Positions 1 through 15,000 of a stretch of DNA of 64,000 nt are shown here, piece after piece. Under the pieces are notes generated by a model. The model saw nothing but the letters and a program-made list of their open reading frames with translations. It ran no database searches and was not told the DNA's origin. Each line of letters begins with the position of its first letter. Within the stretch, counting starts at the first letter, position 1. A program made the translations under genes and the position numbers. Source of the stretch: Antedon mediterranea (Eukaryota > Animalia > Echinodermata); contig NC_092677.1 of NCBI RefSeq assembly GCF_964355755.1, positions 22,679,175-22,743,174 on the forward strand. The letters are read 5' to 3'.

Positions 1-3000
1 GTGTTGTATTCATTAAATCCTTTTTTCCTTACTGTAGGAGTAAAATTATTTGATGACTCACCATTCTCTTTCATTTGAACTTTTTGCTGTTCTGTTTTAC
101 TTGGCTCTTTTTCGGATTTCTTTTCCTTCTTTTCACCATTCTTTTTCTCATCATCATTTTCTTGTTTACCTTCGGCATCTTCATTCTCAGAACTATCACT
201 GTCGTCATCTGAATCACTGGAATCACCGTCATCATCTTCACCACTTTCATCATCTTCTTCCTCCTTCTTTGTTTCACTATCATCCATCTTTTCCTCTTTG
301 TTTGTATCTGCATCATCCTCCATGTTATCACTGGCAACTTCTTGCGTTATCACCCTCCTTATCTTTGTAGGAGATTCTTCTTCTGTAGGTTTTTCAACAT
401 CAAAATCATCACGTTGTTCTTCATATATATCAATAGCTACATTATCAGGATTTGTAACAATTTCAGGCATTATCTCCTAAAAAAAAACATTATATTACAT
501 TCACTGCTGATTGACTGTGACGAAAGCATCGTCCATTGTCTTGCGTAATACATCTAAATTTATAAAACGATTAATTTATGGACCTACATCCATCTGTTGT
601 TAAGCTGCATGATGGCACCATTATTATTTTGTGTTGCACAGTGATATCCAGCTAAATAGCATATCAATTGGGTGTTCATCAGTTCTTAATTTTTTATATG
701 AAATTTGACAATTTGCTCCAAAAGAAAATGGAGGTAATTTATTCACACATTATTAACATACTGTATAAACAGCACTCCGCAAACCTTATATTTTGCAGCC
801 TAAAATCTGGTTCCCGGAACCATGCTGCGGCCCAACCAGTCAGCTGGACTGGAGTTTGTGGTAGGTTGTGGTATAATGGACCTCTAGGTCCCCGGAAATT
901 GTTTATTTTGGAGGGTAACAATTGCGCAGTCTGTGGTTTTTCGCATTTACTAATAATGCATTACTTTTGAAAGTTTAGCGCACATATCAATGGTATGTTT
1001 TGTTGTGCTTTTCTTTCTCATGTCATATCTGTTTCGTGGTTGGCAGAACGTCGCTAATATTAGGCCCTGTTCAGACCCATGGCGTTAGACCGTTTTAGCG
1101 TACAACATTACTATCAAGGTCACGTTACAAACCGCAGAGAAAAAAACGAGGTGTTCAGACCCATAGCGTACGATTATCGTTACAACGGAAGTACGTCATC
1201 CAGGTTGTTTCTAGTTGCATATTCATGTGCTCTTACCCCCGTGTTTTCATCATTATTTCCACTGTATATAGGCCTAGATCTCAGCCCTACAATTATGACA
1301 AAATTTGCCGTAAATAAAACATACCTCAGCATTTATTTAAGAAAAATATAGTAAAGCCAAATTTCTGTTTCTATTGTTTTTATTTTGTAGTAAAAAACAT
1401 TTTCCCCAGGCTCTTGTGTTACGAAAATAAAGCAGGCCTCGTAATGATGAAGAAAAAAATGATTGTGATTAGTCTATCCAGTCCAGTCAAAGATATATAT
1501 TCTTTGGTCCATTCGGTTGAAAATAACCCTTAACTTGCTAATAAAAGGGACACAGCTCCCCTTGTTTGTTTACCGATTTTTTTAGGAGTTAGGGGGTTTT
1601 CAGCATTAAACTTGTCCAGTCTAGTCTGCCTTGTATGAATGAGTGACTTGATGTCCCACGCTAGTTTTTAGCTTGAATGAAATGCGTGAATGGCTCTAGG
1701 CCTACTAGGCCTAAAAGCGGATGGGATCGTAGTCCCTATGTTTAAATACAAGGTGCATGTATTTATGTCATTTGTTAGAAAATATAATGGTAATCAGTTG
1801 ATAATAGTTTGTAGCCTTTGTAACAGTTGTATTTGTAGTGTAGTTAGGCCTTATTTATTCTGGCCTTTTTGTTATTGAAATCCATCTCACACATTGACGA
1901 TACAAGATGTCAGCCTAGGTCAAACCTTGTTTCGCGTCATAACAGGAAACGTTCTGATTGGATACAACGTTGACTTACAGTAGCGTCGTACGCTAAAACG
2001 GTACTATCAACCGTTTTCCACTACAACGCTACAACCGTTGTACGACGCGTTGTACGCTAATCCCCAACTGTTCAGACACACATTCTTTTAGCGTCGTACG
2101 CTAAAACGGTCTAACGCCATGGGTCTGAACAGGGCCTTATATATAATCTCTCTTATCTCTAATTCAAAATAAATAGAGTAAAGATAAAAAAAAATGGGTT
2201 GAGTAGTTTCATAATGTTTTTATTACTATGTCAATATACATATAATACAATAATAATAACAATAGCTATACCTTCAACATATCAGTGCTAATGTTAACAC
2301 TGGTTTTAGATGGTGTTTCGGTTTTGCTGCGAGTTGAACCCCATCTCCGCTTCCTAGGACCTACTGTTGATTCTCCACTCTCCTTAGTAACTTCCTTATC
2401 TTTAGATCCTAAATATAGACAGTAAATTAATAATAATATGCACAAACAAATATATATATATAGAAATATAGTTTTATCACATTCTGGTATGAAAGAAAAA
2501 ATATTCAAGGGTGTTGGTGGACTCCCATATAACCATAATAATGTTGTCAGATCTCTCAATTAACACTGCCAGACATTTTCTAATAATATGTACAACATTT
2601 GATATAAAAGGATATCACATGAACATATTTATAAGTAATTTTTTTACTATTGAAGTATTCTTCTTTTGAGCAAGAGCAAATTGAATCAATCAATACTCAT
2701 TTTCATTGGGTCATATTATGTATTACTTGTTTCACACAGAGCCATAGTAAACCTAAAATAAACTATTGAACTTTGACTCCATTGACTTATACCCATTTCA
2801 CAAGTTTTAATGATAATTTATAATTAGTTTGTTAGTTAATTTAGTTATTTTTACTATGTTCATTAGCACATTATAGACATTTTGTAACAACAAAATGAGT
2901 AAAATGACAAAATCTACAGTTATGGACGCAATTTATGTTAAAGTTTGATGTATATTAAATCAGGCTCAGTTCCCTATTTATCTAGAAGGGCCTTTTCATT

Positions 3001-6000
3001 GAGCCTATGACAAGGCATAGCATTAGTAGACGGATGAGACTGTACTGTCCCTATCCACTTTTGTAACAGTTGATAATGAGTAATAATAATGTTTCATTTC
3101 AAACTGTTTAACAAAAGCGCAATTGAAAAAAATAGAGCATGCGCAGATTCAAGTTATAATAACTCATAATCTTTACCGGCCTCTACGAGATTACGAGTTG
3201 TCACAATATTTTACCTGCCTTTTTACAGAAATGGATGTGTACCGATGGTGGTTTTAACGAACAATAATAATCAGTTGTACAGTATTAAAAACAGCTTACC
3301 GTGTAATGCAATACGCCTGGTTTTTATAGGTTTATACTCCTTAACCTCTTTTTTGATCACCTTAAGAACCTATATGATGGATACACAGAAATACAAAATA
3401 CATATTATGCATTATTATGTACTGTAGTGTTAATTTGTTTTTCATACATAATTGAAACCATAATATACTGACATCAGTAATAATGTTAGAACAATTGCCA
3501 ACATTTCATAAGTAATAAGTATTAGGAAGTTCAAATATGTTATGTAATAAAAAATACAAGAAGAAAAGAATTATAGCACTTCATTGAAAGCATTCAAAAG
3601 CTCTGAACTCAATGATCAGATAAAATGAAAGTCAATGATTGTGGTTCAAGTCATTGTACCAACTGTACAGGTGAAATTACAATTATTATTCATTTTGTAT
3701 TCATTTAGCTACAGTAGCTTTGTATGGTATAAATTGTAGGACAGGTTATCAATTCAATTTAAAGTAAAACTATTTCACATTTTAGAACTTCAAATATATT
3801 AGAAAATAGTCCTGTATAAACACATACCATTTAGCCTTACTATTTAACACATTTTAGTTAAAAAATATATGTTAATATTGTCAGTATATTATGGATATAA
3901 AAAAATAAAACAATAATTTAAAAAGAATAAATGCAACAAAAGCAATTTTTCAAAAGAGGGTCTTTAACACAATACCAAGCTTTACCGTCTTTAAACAAAT
4001 TTATATTATTATACTATAGAATTTACCAATTTCCAATTTGTAATGGTGATTGCGTTAGTGACTTTCTTATGACAATGTTAGATTGGATTAGTTATGATAC
4101 ATGTTGTAATTTGACACTCCCTACAGTGGTTTTCCATGCTGGTTGGTCAACAGATGATAGGTGCCCTTTGAGCCTGGTTCAACCCGATGGGAATGAATTA
4201 GGGAAAATACTACAACTCCAATTCATCACTCCTCTTGCAAAATAATTATATTGTTCACAACTGCATTTTGAAAGTTTATTTCAGGAGCCTTCTTCGTCAC
4301 AGTCTAGCTTGCACGCTTTAATATTCTAATTGTTTTAACAAGGATTGCTACAGTACAATATAATGCTGTACTTCTTGAACTAGGTGATGACAATTTCCAA
4401 ACAGCTTCTGTATGCTTTTTAAAAAGTGTTCTTGCTAGTACAATATCGTTGGTTTCAAATTATTGAAAAACATAGTGTTCCTTTTATTCTTTAAATATGT
4501 ATATAAAATGATGAATGTTTAAATGTCTTCATTTCAGTCTCTGTACACAGTAAATTTCAACTCCAAACATTTTTAAAACCAAAAATTGTATCTGTTTTGC
4601 TAGTAAATCATAATAGCCTTTTTCGAGTATGCAAATGGCTTTTTATTGCAATGTTAATTATTCTCGAATCTTCCGTAGTAATTACTTGACGACTTGAAGT
4701 TAAGTAGACTTTGTTGCAAATATTGTAATAATGCTGAAACAATTACAGTAGTGTTCAGGGTCTTGTTGTGTTGCACAGACAGCAGTGTCCATGACATCAT
4801 AAATAATATTCATTGGTAATTATTTTATGATCACGTTCAAACAATCAGGTTTGGTGTTACTTTCAATGTCTCATAGTCCAAATATCAGTAGTATTGTAGT
4901 TTATTTTCTTCCATATGTATTAATAATCATCATTTTCAATACACAGCAACAGTTTCTTTGAATTGAAAATATGCCATTTTAACAGCTAGTCTTCATATTC
5001 ATCTGAATGTTTATGTTAATTAAGCTTTTATTCGTTAGCTTTTACGTGCTCCTCTGTATACAGCAACATCTCATTAAAGTAAATAGGCCCTGGGAGGGGT
5101 AAAGGTATGTATCGTCAGGGCATGATAGGCAGGATTCCCTCATCACTCCAGTCAACCAGTACTACACGTACGCCAAGTAAGCTCAACCCGCCTTGGCTAC
5201 ACAAACAGTTCATATAAAGGTAAGAACACACACAATGCAAAATACAGTTTTTGAAAATATATTACAACTAATTATTACTATGAAAACCATACTTATTATT
5301 GTTTATTATGACGTTAATTAAAAAATTAAGATTTAGTAAATGATTTTAAGCCTAGTTAAATATATTTATTATAATAATTTGATAAATTAAAAGTAAAATA
5401 TATTCCAATTAAAAAATAATGGAATAAAAGTAGGATTTATATTTGGAAATTACCTTTATATTATTATTAAAATTATGAAATTTAAAATATTTTGTATTTG
5501 AATAGAAATTATTTATTCAAATCTGTAGAATATGCACCGTAATGATGGACATTCAACTGCACAATGTAATGACAACAATCAATTAACTCAATGCAGGAGT
5601 AAAATTATGTAATTTTTATAATTTTATTTCATACACATCCAACAGTGAGTAACTTGCCAATTACAGGATAAACTATTTTATAATTCATCGTGCTTATAAA
5701 CTCATTTGAGGCTTAGACAGTGGAGTTGAAAGATTTGTGAGTTACAACCCTGGCACTACTGTAGGTCAGGATTTAATTCTGAACCCTGGGAGGGCAGGCA
5801 CATTAACCACCAAGCTCCACTATAAACACATATTAAATTTTACTTTATGATGATAATGTTAATGGAATATTAAATGTAAAACTGTTATTAATTTATTTAC
5901 TTATAATTCAATAATTTCAAAATTAAGAATATAACCTACAGGTATTAAAATCAAAATTATATCAAATGGGACAATTTTTTTTAAATTATCAATTTATATA

Positions 6001-9000
6001 TTTTAAATATAACAATAGAAACTGTTATATTAACGATGGTACAGTATATTAAGAATACTATTACAGTATTACTATATCTAATCGCATTAAGACATACCTT
6101 AGTAGGTTTTCCATCCTCCTTTGGTTTCTCTTGTTCCTCAACTTTATCTGTTATGCCATCATCTTCTACACCCATTTCCTCTTCCTGAACCTTTTCTTTT
6201 ATTTCATCATCTACAACTGTTTTCTCTTCCTGAATATGTTCGCTCTTTCCATCCTCTTGGACAACCTTCGGCAAAGATGATGCATCTTTTTTAGAGGTCT
6301 TGGTTGGTTTTGGTTCATCCGTTTCCATCGGGATATCTTTATCAGTTTCCAAATCTTTATTTGAATCCAAATGCTGTGTGCTCCTATAAAGAAAAATGCA
6401 ATTTCATGCTAGAAAAAACATTTATTTTCAACCTATAGTCAATATTATATAAACATTTTAAGTGAACCAGAATAGAGAGTGTTAATGTACACAAAATATT
6501 ATATATCAAACATCACTAAATAAACCTGCAGTAATATACTGTAACTTTGAACCTTATCTGTATAAATCACTCACATGTTCAGTGTAAATGGCATTTTAAC
6601 ACATCAACAGAAAATATGTTAAACCTTCTCACAAACAATGTTGTAGAATACAGTCAGCAGACATGTCAATGCAATGTACATATTATAATCATGTATTTAT
6701 ACATAATGATTACACTACAGACGCTTCAACAAATGTATTCATCCCTCTATCTAACAGCAGCCATAATTTTTATATCTAAAAGTATATTGTAGCTTTCAAG
6801 AATATTCTTTGTATGTCTTATCGCTGCATCATTAGTTGTGATTAATATACCATAAGAGGAAGTAGGGTTCACAACTGAGGTCATACAGTGAAGCGCATAA
6901 CTAATGAAATCAGAAAATCTCAAACCAATTGCAGTATTGTAACAAAAGAATACAGCATAGAGAATCTTGCACATGTAACCTATTGACCCTATATTTCTTT
7001 TGAATACAAAATATAATTGAGCTTCATTCAATGTCGTACACATTGATAAACTTATATAATTTTAACAATTAGGATAACAAATATTCTGTAATGTTGAAAA
7101 TATTCTGGAGGTGCTTTTATAATGCCAAACTAATTTATAACATAATAATTGAAAACAGACTTGACATAGTATAATTATATTATTCTTACCATAACTTAAC
7201 CAATAAATGGTACAGTTGGTATCTTGATTGGCATAACCACTATTTTGTTATTGGAAGTTTTGCCTATCAAAACTCTTTATTTTAACAAACATTTTTAAAG
7301 TCCCATTCCCTACGATTTTAGATCTAAACTACATATAATGTAAAAATAATTAGTTACTATATGGTCCTAATGCGATAACTCATTAAAAATGTGAAAAATA
7401 AGTTGATTCTAATATTCCAAACTGCCCACTATAAATCCAAACATACATTGTTGTTTACCAGCTAGGCTTACAAAACTAACGCCCGTATTCTTAAACCGGA
7501 CTTTAGTCGTAGTTCGAGCTAAAACTAAAAAAATGACGTCATTTTAATTCATAAACCGAACTTCAACTAAATCACCGACTAAATCAGGCCAACCTCGACT
7601 AAATCGAGACGGATTTTGATCGATTTTTTTAGTCCTGGAGGGGGCAGACTAAATGGTCGACTAAATAGTTTTTAAACGATGTTTATAAAAAACGTAACAG
7701 TCATTGAGTTGTTTTATTGGCCAGATATTGAAGAATGAAATATCTATATTTATATTAGCTTAATTAAATATACATTGGTATAAATTATAATAATGAAAAT
7801 CATCTTTATTTACAACTGTATACAAATTACATTATTTTCTTCGCACAAGTCCGACTTGAGCTACGTCACGCCATAGCGACAATGGGAGATGCGGCAATTC
7901 ACCACGCGATGGAATGTTTAGGGGGCCTAGCGCTTTCTTGTCACGCTATGAAGTGCGTGGTTCGTGGCGATCATAGTTTGTTGGGGGCCTAGAAAATATA
8001 AAAGTTACCGTACCGCCATGGTTCCTAAATATATTTTTAAGATTTTATTTGTTGTTAATCAAATATACTTCACTGTTAAATTAATACTGATATTGTTCTA
8101 ATAATTAACGATTAAAATTATTTTTCATGTATATAGTCCTGATGCGTAAAAAGTGTTGTAAGAAATGGAAAGTGATATCAATGCGCAAAATTTCGTCTGC
8201 TCCTCAATACTCTCTTGTCATTGGCCAATGTATAGCCTTGTTACCAAGACGTGTGCAACTCGACTAAAAGCTCGACTTCATTAAGTCGAACTGAAAACTT
8301 CGACTACTTCGTTTTTTAATCGAATTTGAAGTAATAGCTCAAACTACGACTTTTCCAAGTCGAACTTCCAACTACGACTAAAGTCCGGTTTAAGAATACG
8401 GGCGTAAGCCCAGCTACTGTAGGCTAGGCCTACCTACTGTAGGCTAGGCCTACCTACTGTAGGCTAGGCCTACAGACAGTCTACGAAAGAACATCCGACG
8501 TCAGCTACTTTTTGGGTAGTGCATTCTTTTTATATTGTTATAATTTACCATAAAACGTACATTTAAGGAATGATCTGGTTTAAATGTTTTTAAATTAATA
8601 TATGCATTATTTTTACAAAACGTCAACATTTGTAGGGAATGGGACTTTAAAGCAGGCAACAATCAAAATGAAAGAACTCAAAATATATCAGGGAAAACTA
8701 TATTATGAGAGAGAGAGGGCTCACTACTTTCGGTCCATGTTAAAAGAATTCAGAGGACATGCTATTTATTATCTCATAAAAAAAACAGGTACTGTAAGTC
8801 AAATTTTAAAAATAAGCTTTTGTGACCAACAATTATCCTAAAAATCAATATACCTATAACACTCAAACATTCTGGACGATACCTAATAAAAATTGTGGAC
8901 GTTATCTTGCTAACAAATAAAAACAAAGAAAACTAGACATGAAACTCGTCACTTTGACGAGTTAGTTATCCGCTCGACAAACGCCACGTGCACGTCATAC

Positions 9001-12000
9001 GTTAGAATATTGCACACAGAAAAATATTAAGGCATTAAGACCTGAACTGAAGAATATGATATGTTGTTATTTCTGAATTCTGTTATTTTGTGTCATATAG
9101 TATACACAGTACAATCTGTATACATATCACAAACAGTGTAAAATAGGTGAAATTACGGGACCCGTATTTTATTGTAATTTTTAACATCTTGACGGTTTCA
9201 AAATGAAATGCAAAAGTAGAAATTTCTGAATGAAATTATCTCAGCAACAACATATTAACGTGTAGAAGAAATTTGAATACGTGAAATATTGATGCGCGCT
9301 CTTTTAAATGTAATGAAATATAATGCAAAAGATGAAAATACGACTTTTTTTATTTAACTGGCCATATGATGACGTCACAACATTCGATTGGCACAATTTA
9401 CACATGATTTTGTATCTACAATACAATAGCTTCCTGAAAACGTTTTAATCGTGATTATCACATTTTTTTCTTACGAGGTGTAACAGATTAAAATTTACTG
9501 TAAAGATGAAATTAATGACCAACGTAATTTAAATGTTTAGGCATGATGACGTTAAAAAAATTAAAAAATTTTTAATTCATGCAAAAGATAGTTGATTGAC
9601 CTAGAATATATTAAAATTGGGGTGAAAATGGACAACGAATAAGTGGAGATGCGCTCTATTAAATGTGATGAGCTATGACGAAAGAGACAAAAATCCTATA
9701 TTTTATATTCGCGTGGCCATACGATGACGTCACAATGTCCGGTTAGCCATATTAATGTATGATCCGATATCTACAACTCATCAACTTCCAGAATATGTAA
9801 TTAAAAAAAAGTTGTCCATGTAGTTTAGAATCTATGAATGTTTTAAAATAGGCATAATTTTGACGAATTTTTGAACTTTTTCACCAAAAACGCGTGCAAA
9901 TTATCTAATTCGACGTGCTCGTATGACGTAATTTTAAGTCGAAATTGTTAAAAATTTGGTAACATTACTAGAAAAGGCTGAAAAAACATAAATCACGTGA
10001 AAAAAATATGTTTTTAACGCTACGTGTGCACCGCGTGCGTAAAAATTTTCGCGCGCGTGGGAATTTTTGACATGCTCAAAATGACATGAAACGCATAGAA
10101 AGTTGATTAGAAGTTGATTTTTCGCTTTTTAAAATTTTAAACGCGCGTGCGCGCGTAACTTTTTGTAAAACATGCTATTTTTAATCCATAGAAAGTTTGC
10201 GCTTGATATGACTTAAATTTTCACAAAGTGTCAAAACAAAATTATGTTTGGTTTTTAGTCTATGATCAATCATTGAAATTCATAAAATCGCGCGTAAGTC
10301 ACGTTGCGCAACTCTGACGTCATTCAAAAATAGGAGGTGCACAAGTTCACGTAAATTTCGATATGTTGACAAAGTTACGATGTGTTCTGTTTACACGTTT
10401 TAGAGAAACGCGACGCACAAAAATGACAGAAGGAAAGAAGCATAATACAGAAAAGAAAAAAAAATATGATGAAACAGGACGATTACATGGAGTTATCCGC
10501 TACTAAGCGGATAACTAACTATATTCCAGAGAGAGGGCTCACTACTTGACATTTTGTTCCATGTTAAAAGAATACAGAGAGCATGCTATTTATTATCTTG
10601 TATGAAAGATACAGATAAGTCAAATATTAATATAATAAGCTTTTGTGACTGACCAATATATCAATTTTCCTGAAAATCATGTTCTTGTTTTTTTAAGTTT
10701 GTACCTATTATAACCCAAAAATTGTGAACCGTGCTAACAAACAAAGCAAGCACTATGCTTAGCAAAATTCTATTTTGCCAAGTAATAACAATAATGTAGA
10801 TTACACGGGGAAGCAGAACACTGGTCATGATGATGTAGGCAACTTTGTTTTAGCATACGTTTGTAAAGCCATTTCATTGTTGTTGGATACAAATTTTTTT
10901 AGTAGCATCTTTTATTCAGCCCATTCAGCAAATAAACCTCGTCATAAATGTTGTTGCAGTATTGTAGCCGAGCATCTCTACAACAAGGCCACAACTGCAC
11001 ACTCAATTGTTTCTTTTTTAGTAGCATTGTCATCTGATGTTTCAGTCTTTTCAGTTTTTAAATTACAGTAACGTCTTTTTTCCAGCAAATCGCTTCATAA
11101 TATCATTTTTGTACTGTTTTTTTTAAGCATATGTTTATACAGCCATTTCATTGTTGTTGAATACAAATTTTGTTAGTAGCATCTTTTATTTAGCCCATTC
11201 AGCAAATAAAACTTGTCATAAACAACTTGTTGCACTGCAGTATTTGTAGCCGAGCATCTCAACAACAATTCTACACACTCAATTGTAAATTTTACTACTT
11301 CATGCATATGGTACTCTGAAGCAAAATTATTGAAATTCTCCCATGGTTAATAGGGGGACCAAGGGAGCGTACGCACCCCTCCTATTTTTTACAGAATATA
11401 TTTTTTCATATTTTTTTACAAAAACAAGTACTGCACTAATAACACACCTGCAAACTCACCTGATGATGTAATAATAATAAACATGATTGATATATTTCTT
11501 ACAAAAAAATGCTGCTCGACTGTTTGAAACAGTCCACAGATACTATATGACATTTCATGGTACACGCAAGAACATTTTTAAAGGAAGGAATGTTTTGACC
11601 ATTATTTAATGGTATTTATTATACCCAGCTTATTTTGACAGCTAGCCTACAACAGACAGACTATTATAATCTCATAGACTCTAATTTCCCAAACGTGCTT
11701 TGGGTCATCGAGCATGGACCTATAAAGTAAAGCTTCGCATGCGGTACTGCTTCTTAATGCTTATGTCCTCTGAGAATATAGCTGCCTAAAGGCATGACGT
11801 GAAATTAATACATGTCCAATGTCACTATAACTTTTTCAAACCAAAGAAGAGGCCTTCTCTTCCATTCTTATCTTTTAGTATGGCAGTTTATGAAATTTTA
11901 GCTTAGGGACTAAAATGTAATCAAAATTCATGATGTGATGATATAAGTTGAGGGGAAATGACCCAATAGAGAAAGGAATTGTAATTTCAACATTAAGGTC

Positions 12001-15000
12001 ACTAGTTTTGTATTTTATCGTATATTAAACCTCAATTGCCGACAGCAGTTTTTGAACTTTTATTGGATTTCTTAATAGTAATAATGAAGGTTTGCTATAA
12101 TAACTGATTGGTTGATAAATAAACCTAAATTATTTGTTGAATGAATATACTAACATACCTTTCTAATTTTTCCATCTCAATTGTATTTTCAGTATTCTCT
12201 TCATTTTCTGCTTCTTCTTTTCTTTGAAAAATGTCTTTGGTTTTTGTTAAAACCACCTATATATCAAAATCAACAAAAACCATTTATAATGAATCAGGAT
12301 CATATGCAAAGATACAACTATACTGCCTGCCAGTACAAACAATATTTGTTTTAATACAAAAATTACAAACCTCAGTTTCATGAACCTGTTTCTGCTTCTC
12401 AGGAGTAGGAGTGCTGGTTCTAGATTCTGCTGATGATGAACTTGATGATGAAGATGACGACTGGCTACTACTCTTGTTGTCTTTTTCAGGTGATCTCATA
12501 TCAACTGAACTAGGTTCTTCTTTTGACTCTTCTTCTGTATCTTGATTTTTTGCTTGCACTACTTTCTGTTCAGTGACTTCTTCAGAGGTTTTAGTAATTT
12601 CTGATTTGTTTTCCTGGGATATCTCTGGAATGTTGTCATCACTAGAGAAGGTTTTAGTAGATTCTTGTATCTCTTTATTTGGATCTTCTTTAGAAATCAC
12701 CTTTTCTTTAGTTAGCTCACAAGATACATCTTCAGTTTTCTGTTTAGCTGAGACATCCTTGTTAGTAGCTTTGTCATCAGATGTTTTAATCTTTTCAGCC
12801 ACTTCAGTTTCTAACTTAACATCTTTTTCAGTAGGTTTAGCAACAACTTCTTTCTCATCTTCAGCATTGCATTTTTCTTCCTTCCCGACTTCTGATTCAG
12901 ATTTCGTTGATTGCTCAGCTTGGCTTTCAACTTCTTGAGCTTTAGGCACATTACTTATGTCTACCTCCTCAACATCAGTTCCTGGCTTAACAAAAACCTC
13001 TTCGGTTTCCATGGTATCCACTGGTGTACTTGTTTTATCCTCTTTGTTCTCAGTTCCTTCAAGGTCCTGTGATCGTTTTGACCTTCTCCGTGCTCGCTCT
13101 GGTTCCTTTTTCTCTGAAGAATTCTGTGAGTTAAAACTTCTATTGATACGACGCCGTTTGCGAGTAATATCTTCTTTCTGCTCAGCAGTTTCTGGTTTTG
13201 AATCATTCATATCAGTTTGCTTCTCCTCTGCTTCAACTTTATTGTCTTCTACCTTCTGTACTTTCTCACCACTTTGATGAGTTAATTTTGGAGATTCTGT
13301 GTCCATTGATGGGTCTTCGTCAGAATCACTTCTACTTAATGACTTGTTAAGCTCTTCTACTTCATCAGTTAATGCTGGAGGCACTTCATCTAATTTGTGT
13401 TTATGTTCAGAGGCTGTTAAAATGTTTAAGATAAAATTAGTTAATGATAATGAAAATGACATATTTGTACATTGACAGTTTTGAAAATAAAAATATTCTT
13501 ATTGCACATTGATTGAACACTTATACATACCATCATGCAATGCTTCTCTCTGTGCCAATAGCTCTTGTTGTTGTTTCAAATATTGCTGTATAAAGGAGTT
13601 TGATCCAACATTCTCATCTGCAGTAATCTGTAATAATCATCAATCAATCAAAGTAACTTAGTAATTTATTTCTCTATAGTTCATAATAAGAAAATTAACA
13701 ATCATTTGATTACTTTGATAATTCCAAAAGAGCAAAGCTTGTATGAGGCAATGATGAAAACATTTCAGAAAAATAATCACTATAATGCTTATGAAATAGT
13801 CTGGATACTGTTAATCCATTGAACCATAAAACATTAATTTTTTATAAAAAATGATTCAGGTAGAAAATAAATAAATGATACCTTGCCTCAATTAGCAGCA
13901 ATTACCATACAATATTACTGTAAACCAACCATGTTGGCCATAATACAGTTCAATCTCTAAAAACTACTGAACTACTAAAATGAGAATGTTAATTACTGTA
14001 TCTCAAATTCACAATGTGAAAACTAGACTTTCAAAATAACCAAACTAATTATGTTTAGTTTTTAATGTCAAACAACTAAACATATTAACTGCAGTAACTT
14101 ACAGATTGATTTGGTAGTCCATCTGAAACTGGTTCTTGTTGCAGTTTCTCCAAAGACAATTGCTAACAAACAAAACCATAATATATACATTATTATATTG
14201 ACAACAATTTACAAGTTATTCAGGCCTAATCGGTTACGTTAAATCTGTTTAGTATAATTGTAATGAATTCATTTTATTTAATACAATCATAAAAAAACAT
14301 GAGAATAATGGAAAATATTTCTGAGGAAATACTATGCAAAAGGTAGAACATTTAATGTCAGCATGGCGACTAGAAAGTTGATATCATTGCAGAATGTATT
14401 GTGCTAGATATATACTACTGTACTACTACTGTACTACTACTAACATGCCAGTATTTGTATAGTACAGTGAGTACTGTATATTTTTTTGCATCTGTAATTA
14501 AACAGAGTTCTTTTTAATACAAAAAAATATTTGTTTGCATAAATACACAGGTACCTATTGTTTTAAGTATTCCAATAATTTTAATTTTTTTACAGTATAC
14601 TGTAGCACACGTAATTTTGGATTCGAATTTCAAGTACAGGCTCATTTAAAATCTTGATTTCTCAAATAAATACTGTAGGCCTACTATTTATATAAATTTA
14701 ATAGTATAATAATAATATACGTACAGTACACGATAATATGATATAATTACATTTTAAATCGTGCGGTATGTTTTGATTTGATTGTATCTGTAATTTTGCT
14801 TGCCGTCATTTGCCTCATTATTAAATCGCATTAATAACATTTTTATATAAATAAACCCCCAAGCTTGTATGGCAACAAATACTGTACCTATATTTTTCCA
14901 CGTAAAAACACATTACATTTCAAATCAAATATAAATGTTTGGGTTTCACGACACTTGGCGATGTAAACAAATTACGCATCTGTTGGCTGTTTTGCAAATG

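Noticed and set aside
12573-13277. Plus-strand Ser-rich ORFs (also 50-548 and the minus-strand 27594-27894)
   Set aside because: They are antisense shadows of low-complexity ACIN1 or VPS9D1 exons.
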